Source: a virus
IMG/VR virus record: IMGVR_UViG_3300037424_001778
Location: 45,586 to 109,585 of that record
Length of the DNA: 64,000 nucleotides
Direction: 5' to 3' (one strand)
The notes under the pieces are model-generated. The model was not told where the DNA came from. It did not search any database and was given only the letters and a program-made list of their open reading frames with translations. Each line of letters starts with the position of its first letter. Position 1 is the stretch's first letter. Made by a program: the position numbers and the translations under genes. Of this stretch, positions 21,509 to 30,750 are shown one piece after another.

Positions 21509-22357
21509 TCAAGCCTTAGGCTTGACCATCTTCATTCTGGTGAGAACCGTTTGGTTCAATCCCTGATAGTTCTGGTGGGCCTTAATGGTCCCCTTGAGTT
21601 CTACCGTTTCGTCGGTGTCCCACTCGTCCGAGACTGAACCCGAAGCGAACCAGACCCCCACGTTCCCCTCGTCCGTCACGAACTTGACCAGCGTCGTCAG
21701 ACCCCACTGCGACTCAAGCTCCTTCAGCGAGATGATGGTGGCCTTGAAGGTGACCTTCTCGCCAACCGTGCCGAAGAACTTGGAGGTCTCCTTGAGATTC
21801 GTGAACTTTCGGCGCTCGACTTCCTGGCCCATCAGACGCTCGGCGGTCGGGATGATGCTTGCCGCGATGCCAGAGGCCTTCCGAGCAAGGGCGCTCATGC
21901 GGGTGATGACCTGGATATTGTGCAGGTAGTCGTTGACTTCGCCCTTCTCGAGTTCTGAGTCGATGTGGACCTGGATGTATTCGATGGCCTTCTGGGCTCG
22001 CTCGAAGTCGGCGGGGGTGGGCTTGAGTTCTGGCTTGACTTCCCGGCCCTCGCCAACGTCCGCCATCGTGCCCCAGGCTTGGTCGGCGGTGGCGCCATCG
22101 CGGCCCAGGTTGCGTGCGGCAGTACGGGAGAGCCAGCCACTCACCCGGATGTCGGCAGCGACGAAGCCGAGGAAGTGGGCGACTCCGAAGTGGTCGGCAC
22201 GACCCCCACCCATTCCTTCGCCATCGTCGGAGTCAGAAAGGGTGGAAATCTGGGCGAGGATTTCGAAGTAGGCGGCGACGTTTTCGGCGGTCTGGGTCCC
22301 CGTGAAGCTTGAGAGGCAGGAACTTCCGACCACCTTGAAGCTGTCCGTTGCGTTCAT
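21509..22357 (-). CDS. C-terminal half of a conserved phage protein (VGSSC motif plus OB-fold-like C-terminus)
   Basis: Begins MNATDSFKVVGSSCLSSFTG; ends 'GEKVTFKATI...KGTIKAHQNYQGLNQTVLTR'. Confidence 0.6.
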   Translation of the reverse strand: MNATDSFKVVGSSCLSSFTGTQTAENVAAYFEILAQISTLSDSDDGEGMGGGRADHFGVAHFLGFVAADIRVSGWLSRTAARNLGRDGATADQAWGTMADVGEGREVKPELKPTPADFERAQKAIEYIQVHIDSELEKGEVNDYLHNIQVITRMSALARKASGIAASIIPTAERLMGQEVERRKFTNLKETSKFFGTVGEKVTFKATIISLKELESQWGLTTLVKFVTDEGNVGVWFASGSVSDEWDTDETVELKGTIKAHQNYQGLNQTVLTRMKMVKPKA

Positions 22358-22392
22358 GATTTATATATACGCGAGTCGAACTTTGGTGTCAA
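22358..22392 (-). promoter_or_regulatory. Sigma70-type promoter, probably leaderless
   Basis: TTGACA-N17-TATATA-N6-ATG. Confidence 0.65.
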
Positions 22393-22397
22393 GCGCC

Positions 22398-23064
22398 TCA
22401 AACCGAATAGTACGGCCACTCAATCTGCGTTCCGTTTGGGAGCGAAACCGCCGGCATACCCTCACAGCACTTCAGCCAGGCGTAGGCTTGCTCGTGGTCG
22501 AGCCCAGCATCGGCGCAAGCCCCATGGAACTTGCTGTAGGCAGAGTCAGACCGGGCCACTGCAGCCCTGTACGCCTCGCGCTCTAGGGCGTCATTGGCGA
22601 CGACGGCCTTCTCCCAGGCTCCATCTTCCAAGTTGGCGAGGAGGGAGTAATCCGCGAACAGCGCCACAATTTCGGGAGTGATTTTGTTCATGGGGTTGGT
22701 GTACCAGGACTAAAGGACGCTGTCAACGGGCATCGAAGACGTACTGGAACAATTCAAAGGCCCGCGCGACGGTGTACTTGTCGGCATGTCGGGCGCGGTA
22801 CATGTTGACGGCTATAGTCTGGTTCTGACGCCACATTTTTTCTTCTGCAGAGGAGATGTGCGGCATGCGGACGCCACGGAACCAGGCACCGACGCTACCG
22901 AGCGGAGTCTGGCTTGCGCTTGACTGCCTGTGATGGTCTACATTGATGGTGTAGGTGTTTCTGCCCTCAGACACGACAATAGTGTCGGTTGATGGGGTCT
23001 CGACTTTGACCCCACTGTCCCCAACGTGGTACTCGGCCAAAAGCCGGAAAATCGTATCGGTCAT
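22398..23064 (-). CDS. Two small hypothetical genes (22398-22691 and 22723-~23064) inserted between the two halves
   Basis: ORF track; 22691 start is preceded by TTGACA-N17-TACACC-N6-ATG (22692-22726). Confidence 0.5.
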
Positions 23065-23081
23065 CGCCTTCTGCTTATCTA

Positions 23082-23546
23082 TTAGCTCTCCTTTTGAACC
23101 ACGTACAAAGTCTTGCGATTCCTCTTCGTGTTGCAGTGCTGGCATTCCTCGGTGTGGTTGCGGATTTCAGCCGGAATGGACTTGCCGGGGGCGGTTCGGA
23201 CCATGACCGACCTCTGACCGTCGTCAAGGGTCACAACGTCCATGGCGGCGACGAACTCCCAGCCATTGAGGCGGGGGCGAGGGCCAGACACGGTCACGGT
23301 GTGGTAGCGGTCGAAGACGCCGGTTCCTTCGGGCTTGCCGTTGGAGTCCAACATGACCTTGCCGTAGGGGTTCCGGGCGATGCGCTCGACATCTTCGGTC
23401 GCGATGACCGTCAGCACGATTGGCTGGCCGACCAGCTTCTCAGCCTTCCGGGACATTTTGGCAATCTTCTCGGTGAGCTTGGAGAGGTTGGCGTCGGGGA
23501 TGCGGAAGGTGGCGAGGACTTCGGCGGGGGCGGTTTCGGTAGCCAT
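23082..23546 (-). CDS. N-terminal half of a conserved phage protein (NGWEF...CxHC motif)
   Basis: 'PRLNGWEFVA...CQHCNTKRNRKTLYVVQKES*'. Confidence 0.6.
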   Translation of the reverse strand: MATETAPAEVLATFRIPDANLSKLTEKIAKMSRKAEKLVGQPIVLTVIATEDVERIARNPYGKVMLDSNGKPEGTGVFDRYHTVTVSGPRPRLNGWEFVAAMDVVTLDDGQRSVMVRTAPGKSIPAEIRNHTEECQHCNTKRNRKTLYVVQKES

Positions 23547-23581
23547 GAATTATGTATACGCGAACCTACCGGCGAAGTCAA
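23547..23581 (-). promoter_or_regulatory. Sigma70-type promoter, probably leaderless
   Basis: TTGACT-N17-TATACA-N6-ATG. Confidence 0.6.
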
Positions 23582-23895
23582 GTCCTTGCTCTGCGCTTAA
23601 GCGCATCCAGCATCGCTTCGGAGCGGGTCATAGCCTTGAGGTGGGACGGACATACGCATCCCGGAGTGCTGCACACGCTACCGACTACCTGTCCGATGTC
23701 AAGTATACCGCCCGCCAATGCGAACGAGACATGGCGCATCGTATAAAGGCGGCCGTTCACTTTTATTTGACACGACCCGCCGGGGCGGTACGGCACCTTC
23801 GTTGGCACTAGGCACCCAGTTTTAGGGACCAATTCCGTCTGCAATAGTAGTCGTTCTGTCAGCGAAATCTCGGTGTGACCTTGCAGGGCATTCAT
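23578..23895 (-). CDS. Degenerate HNH-like protein
   Basis: 'GCL...QIKVNGR...CSTPGCVCPSHL' follows the HNH_3 layout, but catalytic His/Asn residues appear altered. Confidence 0.45.
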   Translation of the reverse strand: MNALQGHTEISLTERLLLQTELVPKTGCLVPTKVPYRPGGSCQIKVNGRLYTMRHVSFALAGGILDIGQVVGSVCSTPGCVCPSHLKAMTRSEAMLDALKRRART

Positions 23896-24414
23896 GAGTT
23901 CGGCCTTGGAATCGGCCCACGAGGCATTCCACGTACCTGCGACAAGAAGTAGTCACCGCCCCGCCCCGCCATGGCCCTGCACAGCGCTACAGCAAACGGC
24001 CCCACCCCTTGAGTACACAGGGCCCTTTCGGCTTCCTCCCAATAGAGGTATTCGTAATCAGAGGGGCACGGCAAGAACGTCTCGTTGGGCTCAGGGTGGA
24101 CCTCTTCGCCGGGTCTGCGCCAGGGCGGAATGGCGATTGGCGGGACACGGTTCTGAATGAGCCATGCGCGCGTGTACAGCAGAGCGCTTCTAATCATTTG
24201 AAAGTTCATAGGTTCCTTAAGCCGAAGGACGTGACTTCATCACCACCAGGACCTTGCCGACTCCGCTCTCGATGGATTTGGCAAGAAGGACCTCGAGCGT
24301 TTCGGTCGTAAAGACGAAGACTTCGCCGTCTGACGTCTTGTATGAGGCCAGGCCTTGCTGCTGAATCTGGAAATCGGCGTCGTCTGCAATGTCACTCATG
24401 ATGTCCTCCAACAA
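23892..24414 (-). CDS. Two small hypothetical genes (23892-24209, 24217-24414)
   Basis: ORF track, tight packing on the coding strand. Confidence 0.45.
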
Positions 24415-25670
24415 ATTTTGACTTGCTTCTTAAAGCGAGAAATCGCTGTGTACCCCCATCTTCTACCATCGTTGGTTCCCAAACGCAAGCTCGGCTCTAT
24501 GACAACGATGCCATGGGGCCATTCTGACCCCTGTGACTTATGACATGTAAGTACGTACCCTACATTGGCTTGCAAGTATGGAGGCCCACCGACCTCGCCG
24601 TCGTCGGTGTGGCCGTATTCGTCCAGCAGCAACCTCTGAGCCGCTCGCTTGACGGCGAAGGCACCCACGGTCCCAAGAGTGCCGAAGACCTCCCTATCGG
24701 CCACACAGGCGACCTGGCGGCCCTTTAAGGGCGTATCCACCTGCACCTGAAGGAAGTTGACGAAGGCGCTCGAGGTCGTATGCGCATCATGGACGGCAAC
24801 GGGTGAGGTATTGATGGGAAGGGGAGTCGTCAAAGACGTTACCGTTTCCCCGTTGAAGGTCTCGAGCTGGTAGTTATTCTGGGTGACCAGCAAAGGCTCG
24901 CCCTTTTCTAGCTGGGCCTCCCCTTTGCCCATGTCCGAGCGAATGCCGTTGTTGAGTGCGTGACGCGTTACGTTACGGTGGACTATAACCACACCTTCAG
25001 ACTCGAAGGTATGGCGAGCCTCTTCTTGTAGTTTGGATTCAAGGACCAGAGGAAGGTCCGCTAAGGCGTCTCCGGCGAATTGGCCTTGTCTAAGCGCCAT
25101 CGAGGCCCGGATGATGGGTGAGTCTAGGGCTTGGCGGTGGATTTCTGTGAGCTGCAACTTGAAAGCGGCCGGCATGTCTGGAGAGAAGACAGAAAAACCT
25201 GCCCGCTTGGGGTCGGTCTCGACTGGGGGAAGTTGGAATCCATCCCCCACCAAAACGAGATTGAGGCCGAGCGCCTTACAGCGGCCGTAGAGGTCGCTAA
25301 AGACAGAGTGCGTAACCATGGAGGCTTCATCAACCAAAAGAAACCCGCACCTCGGTCGCTCCATCTTGGCGATTTGCTTGAGGCCCCAATTAAGAGCGCC
25401 AGTTTTTTCGTCCTCTGTGACTTCATAGAGCCACGAGTGGATTGTCTTGCTTTTTGCCTCGGCCGCTTCTCGAACCCTCACGCAAGCCTTTCCGGTCGGA
25501 CAGCAAACGAGAAGGTCATCGCAGTGCTCATCTGCCAATACCTTGATAAGACTAGTCTTTCCCGTCCCCGCGAAGCCTGCCACTACCCCCACCCCACCGC
25601 CATTGGGGTGCGACTTTTGAAGGCCTTGAATGGAATCCAGGGCAAGCTGTTGGCCGGAGGTCAGTTGCAT
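24396..25670 (-). CDS. RecD/Dda-like SF1B helicase
   Basis: GFAGTGKT, VDEASMV, VGDGFQLPPV, EIHRQ, TCHKSQGSEW, YTAISR. Confidence 0.9.
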   Translation of the reverse strand: MQLTSGQQLALDSIQGLQKSHPNGGGVGVVAGFAGTGKTSLIKVLADEHCDDLLVCCPTGKACVRVREAAEAKSKTIHSWLYEVTEDEKTGALNWGLKQIAKMERPRCGFLLVDEASMVTHSVFSDLYGRCKALGLNLVLVGDGFQLPPVETDPKRAGFSVFSPDMPAAFKLQLTEIHRQALDSPIIRASMALRQGQFAGDALADLPLVLESKLQEEARHTFESEGVVIVHRNVTRHALNNGIRSDMGKGEAQLEKGEPLLVTQNNYQLETFNGETVTSLTTPLPINTSPVAVHDAHTTSSAFVNFLQVQVDTPLKGRQVACVADREVFGTLGTVGAFAVKRAAQRLLLDEYGHTDDGEVGGPPYLQANVGYVLTCHKSQGSEWPHGIVVIEPSLRLGTNDGRRWGYTAISRFKKQVKICWRTS

Positions 25671-25672
25671 GG

Positions 25673-26671
25673 CTAAACCGTATAGTCCAAAATCCGGATA
25701 GGAGAGGGCATCACGTACGCTTTATTATCCGAGTAGTCGGCTAGCTCGGCCTGGGTCAGCGGGCTGCCGTGTGGCCCGATGATTGGAGCCCCCGTCTTGT
25801 CGAAGGCGTATATATCTGCATCGCAAGGCACGCAAGGCTTGCCGTCGATAGTTATCGTGACGGACGTCGGATTGTATGTCTTCTTGGACTTACGGTTCTT
25901 TGGCGATTCTGGGCAACCGGCGTTATGTCCGACCGACATCAAGTCTCGAATGTCGCATCGGCACTTCTTGGGTTCGACCGGCTTAGCTGGCGCGCCTACT
26001 GGGTATATGTATCGAGCCGACTGGTCTGCCCAGAAATGGTGAATCCACGCAACTGTCACTCCTGCCGGAACGACACTCCCCAGGGCTTTGTATATGTCTC
26101 CGTACCCGCCGCCGTATACTTCCATCTCGAGCTATCCGTGCGGGGTTGTCATAGCGTGTTTGATATCCACCTTGACTACGGTAGGTAGTACCATGATGGT
26201 ATCGACGATATCTTTTTGAGTGCTCATGGCCCCACCGCTTCCAACATGATGACCCATTTTTCGCCGTCATGGGTCATCTTCAAAGACTGCGGAGTGTTGT
26301 TTCCGCACGACATCATCCCGGGAGTTCCCAAACAGGTCTGCAACAGACTGCGCATGGCAAGGTACGAGGCCAGGGTGAGAGCTGGGCAGTCCTCTCCTTC
26401 GATTCGGACCTCCCACTTGAATTCGTTGTCGGTGCCAGTTGGGACAGATTTGATGGTGCGTGTCATGGCGTCACCGAATCAACGACGTCAGGTCTTCGGT
26501 CTCGATGGGGGCCTCGTCGTCGACATCTTCACTGAGCGAAAGGGCTCCTAGGTCCATGAGTTCGTAGAACATGCCGTGGAGCATTTCCTTGCGGTCCTTC
26601 TTGGCCACCGACCTGGGGAGATATTCTTCCATAACTCCAAGACATACATCTTCTGCTTCTGAGCGAGTCAT
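25673..26671 (-). CDS. Small hypothetical genes (25673-26125, 26224-26466, 26471-26671)
   Basis: ORF track; no recognisable motifs. Confidence 0.45.
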
Positions 26672-26752
26672 TGTTTGTCTCCATTGTACAGTATGCCTAT
26701 TCCAACATACACCGCGAAAATTACTACTAGAAAAACCGCTACGACAGTCACG

Positions 26753-26902
26753 TCATCCATTTGTCTCTCCAAAAAGAGGAGGGCAGATGATACCAACCAG
26801 AAGCCCGATACACACGAATACCCACAGAGAGGCGGTTGGGAAGAAGGCGAAGACAAGACCAGACAGCCCAGCAGACACCAAGACACTTTTGATTGGGAAC
26901 AT
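26753..26902 (-). CDS. Small two-TM membrane protein (holin-like?)
   Basis: 49 aa from MFPIKSV with two hydrophobic stretches and an SD-like GGAAGG/AAAGGT upstream. Confidence 0.35.
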   Translation of the reverse strand: MFPIKSVLVSAGLSGLVFAFFPTASLWVFVCIGLLVGIICPPLFGETNG

Positions 26903-26906
26903 ACCT

Positions 26907-27734
26907 TTACCTTCCAGCGAACGGGTGCCACGAAATTGCGGCACCGTAAAAGACACCCACGCCCGACCCGCCAATATCTATCCACACCTTTGGACCTACC
27001 TCAAACTTGCCAAACGCATACGAAGCTCCCACGCCACCCAAGAACCCCTGTGCACCAACTCCTAGGTCGACCCCGACCCCAATCTTCGAATACCACGGTG
27101 GAGCAAAAAGCGACGTATCTACAGCGGCGATTGAGATATCCACCCCCACGTTGTCCTCACTTGAGGTTACATCAGCCTTCCAGCTACCATCCTTGAGGCG
27201 CCCTACGACCAAAGTCAGCTTTAGGGGACGCCTGTTTGCGATAGACACCCAATATTCTGGAGGAGAGGTGAGGGTGTAGCCCTCCACACCAAGATAACCG
27301 AAGTCCTTGGCGAACGCTACTTTGATTCGGTCGACGGCGGGCTGTCCTGGTTGTGTTGGGGTCCCCGGGATGACAGTCTGGGTGCCTGGACCCTTGGCGT
27401 CGTACTTCTGCTTCCAGTATACGACTAGGTTGTTGGCTGTCAGTAGGTCTTCGTCTCGTTTGTCTAGCTCTTTGACCAAGGAGTCCACTTCCGAATTCGT
27501 ACGGTCGAGCAAGGCCTTGAGGTTCTCTGACTCCAGGGCGAGTTTTTCGTAGACGCCTTTGGAGACCTCGATGGTCTTGTCTTTGGACGCCACGTCATTC
27601 TGGAGCTTGGCTATGGTCTTGTTGTAGGACCATTGCTTGATGCCACCGTATGTCAACAGGGCGAGGAGAACACCAAATAGAGCGATGGCGAGTAGTTTGA
27701 TGTAATTTGTCTTAATTGCGATGGTATCAGTCAT
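26907..27734 (-). CDS. Membrane-anchored coiled-coil protein with beta-strand C-terminus (spanin-like?)
   Basis: N-terminal TM (LLAIALFGVLLALLTY), coiled coil, Gly/aromatic alternating C-terminus. Confidence 0.45.
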   Translation of the reverse strand: MTDTIAIKTNYIKLLAIALFGVLLALLTYGGIKQWSYNKTIAKLQNDVASKDKTIEVSKGVYEKLALESENLKALLDRTNSEVDSLVKELDKRDEDLLTANNLVVYWKQKYDAKGPGTQTVIPGTPTQPGQPAVDRIKVAFAKDFGYLGVEGYTLTSPPEYWVSIANRRPLKLTLVVGRLKDGSWKADVTSSEDNVGVDISIAAVDTSLFAPPWYSKIGVGVDLGVGAQGFLGGVGASYAFGKFEVGPKVWIDIGGSGVGVFYGAAISWHPFAGR

Positions 27735-27743
27735 TTGGGTTCC

Positions 27744-28109
27744 TCATTCTTCGGTGAAGTACTCGTTGGTGGGGGAAAACCCTGCCCGCCGCAGTGCGTA
27801 CATCATTTCTTCGGCCTTGGCGTAATTATGCGAATGAACATTGATGTAGAGGGGCAGATACCTGTCCGGGAGTACATCCAAGAGCCGCACTGCGTCCATT
27901 CCGGTCCCGTACAGCGTCTTGCCGGTGGTCGTATCGCCGAGGTCGTGGTCCAAGGAAATAAAACGGACTTCGCCAGGACAGTAGAGAAGGTGATGTAGGA
28001 GTTCCGCCATGTTGTAACAGCTTTTGATGTCGTCGAACTTCGCGCCGTACTTGGCTCGAAATGCGTCGTGGCGGCACTGCAGGTCGTCGAGAATGATGGC
28101 GTGTGGCAT
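27744..28109 (-). CDS. Cyclic-phosphate-processing receiver-domain (cREC-like) protein
   Basis: 'ILDD', 'ISLDHDLG...TGMD', 'VHSHN' pattern. Confidence 0.7.
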   Translation of the reverse strand: MPHAIILDDLQCRHDAFRAKYGAKFDDIKSCYNMAELLHHLLYCPGEVRFISLDHDLGDTTTGKTLYGTGMDAVRLLDVLPDRYLPLYINVHSHNYAKAEEMMYALRRAGFSPTNEYFTEE

Positions 28110-28146
28110 GGACCGTTCTATAGCATGGGGTTCGGGGATGTGTCAA
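28110..28146 (-). promoter_or_regulatory. Sigma70-type promoter, probably leaderless
   Basis: TTGACA-N18-TATAGA-N7-ATG. Confidence 0.6.
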
Positions 28147-28196
28147 GCGCTAAACCACAAGAGGATTTTTCGAGCGTTGTGGGTATTCTGCGGGAT

Positions 28197-29735
28197 TCAT
28201 ACTACGGTCCCTTCGTCTTTCTCGTTCATCGCAATCTTGTAGCCGTCGATAGCCCCTTCGGGTACATCTTTGTTCTTGTAGCACCGCAGCAGGTCGTCGA
28301 CTTGGTCAGACAATTTCATGTTTCCTCGGTAGGCGGTAGCCCCTAATTCGTCAGAGTGAGTCATACCCATGCCAAAATCGGACTTGGCTGTAATAGCCCA
28401 ACCAGTGTCCGAAGAGCGCGATTTTACTAGGTAATATGTAAGGTGCCCACTTGATTGAGCTTTTTCGTCTCGGTTGATAGTCAAGACGTTAGTAGCACTC
28501 ATAATAATCCCGAAGCATTCTGCAATGTCTTCGCTGGTCACCAACCTTCGTCCGCCGCCGATGCCCTTGTTGACTTTTGACCCTTCGCGGTTGGTTTGTG
28601 CTGCTAGCAGGCAGTGGAATTTCTCTTGTGCTGCCAGTTGCACGAATTGCCGGTACAGGTAATCCTGGATTTCGCGCAACCCCCACTTAGCGCCTTGGGA
28701 TTCCTTTGTCTGGAATATGGCTGGGTAGTCCACCACCAGTAAATCGTACGGTTTGCCAGTCTGAGCCAATCTAGCGGCTTGCATGCGAATGATGTCAGCG
28801 ACAATGTCTTCAACGAATGAGGTCACCTTCGGCACATGAATATAATGTAGTCTACGGTTCAAATACTTCGTCATCGTGGTCATTTCAGCCTCGCCTTCTG
28901 GGGTCTGAGACCACTTCCACAAATCCGCGCGCTGCTTCTTGAAGACACAGCAATACATCTTCGTCATCATGTCGAGCTGACGACCTTCTCGAGTCACCCA
29001 CAGCACGCTTTTGCCAGACATCACGTTATGTCGGGCAATGGTGGACATACATGAGGTTTTGCCTGAGTTCGAAGCGGCGATGATGACTGTGGTGTCTCCA
29101 GGGAGGAGGCTGCCTTTGGTCCCGCTAGGCAAAAGCTTACGGTCCAGCAAGCTCAACCCGGTGGATATGGCGTTTTTCGCGTCAATTGACTCGGCCTCTC
29201 TAACAGCCTTCCAATCCTCCCAATTCGCCACAGGGTCCTGCTGGAAGGAGCTGAACAGCAAGTCCTTGGAGGTCTCATGTAGGAGCTGTTCGGCTTTGTC
29301 GAGCTTGCGTGTGTTGACTAGATTGGCTATTTGGGGCAGATTGTTGACGCACAACTGCATCTTTTGCCATACGGTGATTTGCTCGGCGAGGTAGTCGACC
29401 CCGTAAGTCTGGGTCTTTGCGTGGCAAAGCGTGATTTTGTTGTTGATTCGTACCCGGTCGGCCTGGTCCAATGCCTGGAAGTCCTGCCAAGCGCGGAACT
29501 CATCTAGGCTGTTCGGGATGTGGTCGTAGTGCTTGTAAAAAGCGCAATATGCAGTGAAAATCTTCGACAAATCCGGGTCGGTGTACCAACCCGGCTCTAG
29601 GCGCTGGTAGACTTGCTTGAAGAATGTGTCCTTTTGCATGACGTGGCCCAAAAGCGCTTGCTGTTGGTCCTCCGAGAACGGCAATTGGGCTGGACCGGAC
29701 GTCGATTCTATCTTCAGGCTGAAGTCAGTGGGCAT
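28197..29735 (-). CDS. Replicative DnaB/gp41-like helicase
   Basis: AASNSGKT Walker A, LLVVDY Walker B, AAQTNR; adjacent to primase. Confidence 0.85.
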   Translation of the reverse strand: MPTDFSLKIESTSGPAQLPFSEDQQQALLGHVMQKDTFFKQVYQRLEPGWYTDPDLSKIFTAYCAFYKHYDHIPNSLDEFRAWQDFQALDQADRVRINNKITLCHAKTQTYGVDYLAEQITVWQKMQLCVNNLPQIANLVNTRKLDKAEQLLHETSKDLLFSSFQQDPVANWEDWKAVREAESIDAKNAISTGLSLLDRKLLPSGTKGSLLPGDTTVIIAASNSGKTSCMSTIARHNVMSGKSVLWVTREGRQLDMMTKMYCCVFKKQRADLWKWSQTPEGEAEMTTMTKYLNRRLHYIHVPKVTSFVEDIVADIIRMQAARLAQTGKPYDLLVVDYPAIFQTKESQGAKWGLREIQDYLYRQFVQLAAQEKFHCLLAAQTNREGSKVNKGIGGGRRLVTSEDIAECFGIIMSATNVLTINRDEKAQSSGHLTYYLVKSRSSDTGWAITAKSDFGMGMTHSDELGATAYRGNMKLSDQVDDLLRCYKNKDVPEGAIDGYKIAMNEKDEGTVV

Positions 29736-30741
29736 TGTACGGATTCTCTACATACAAAAAGATGTGATGTGGGTGGAGCTTGGGGGCGACTTGAGCTAGT
29801 TTGGCTACCTCTTCCATCGGCATGGCGCCGATGTCTTCGTATGGCTCCGGGGGGCGCAAATCGTATACGGCCAAGCTGCGGCTTACCTCCTGGAGGACTT
29901 TGCGTGATTCGACGAAGGCGTCTGGGTCCAACGCCAAATACAGCTTTTTGATGCCTGAATTCTTCAAAAGCTCGAGCTGGGTGTGACTGACGGCCTTCCC
30001 CAGTGAAGCCACATTCCCTCCTATCAAATGACACGCCAAGGCGTCGAATGGGCCTTCACACAGTACTGCATGGTCCCCAGTGATTCTGTCCCCAAACATG
30101 AAAGTCCGGTCTTTTTTGAGGCCTACAGAAGTGATGGCTTTGGGGATTTTGACTTCCACCCCGCTATCTCCGTCAAACCATCGGGTCGGGCCGATTACTC
30201 GAGTTTGCCAGCCAATCAACTTGCCTTCAGCGACGGCGGGGAAAACAACCGATTTCTGGGATGGCCAGTATTGAATCCCGTACTCCATCGCTACCATCAA
30301 AGGGATTCCGCGAGAAACCATGTAATCGAGTCCAGGTTTGCCTTGTGGCGAATTCAAGTCCCGGAATCCTGGGTCAGGTAGGACCTCGGGTAGCGCGTCG
30401 GGAATAAACATCGGGAGTTCGTCCGATTCGTCGAACCAGTCCTCGATATGAATGTCCAGATACAGAGATGAAGGCCCTTGGCCGGCCCCGTATAGCTCGC
30501 GACGAAGCTCCGCTACGGGTTTTCCTGTCAGCTCCGTCAGGCACCACTCAGCTTTACCTTTGAACCCTATCGTTTCCGCGCACACCCAACAAACAAACCG
30601 CCCATCAGACTTGCGGATGTAGAGCTTTTCACGCTTAGAGCATTTAGGGCAGGCCAAGATGAAACTAATTGAATTCGTCTTGTACTGGATTCCGGCTTCA
30701 TCGAGCAGATTTTTGAGCTTTTCGCCTAGGGGTGATGGCAT
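29725..30741 (-). CDS. DNA primase (Zn finger plus TOPRIM)
   Basis: CPKC...CWVC; EGPFDA; LALDPD. Confidence 0.85.
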   Translation of the reverse strand: MPSPLGEKLKNLLDEAGIQYKTNSISFILACPKCSKREKLYIRKSDGRFVCWVCAETIGFKGKAEWCLTELTGKPVAELRRELYGAGQGPSSLYLDIHIEDWFDESDELPMFIPDALPEVLPDPGFRDLNSPQGKPGLDYMVSRGIPLMVAMEYGIQYWPSQKSVVFPAVAEGKLIGWQTRVIGPTRWFDGDSGVEVKIPKAITSVGLKKDRTFMFGDRITGDHAVLCEGPFDALACHLIGGNVASLGKAVSHTQLELLKNSGIKKLYLALDPDAFVESRKVLQEVSRSLAVYDLRPPEPYEDIGAMPMEEVAKLAQVAPKLHPHHIFLYVENPYNAH

Positions 30742-30750
30742 GGGGGTAGT

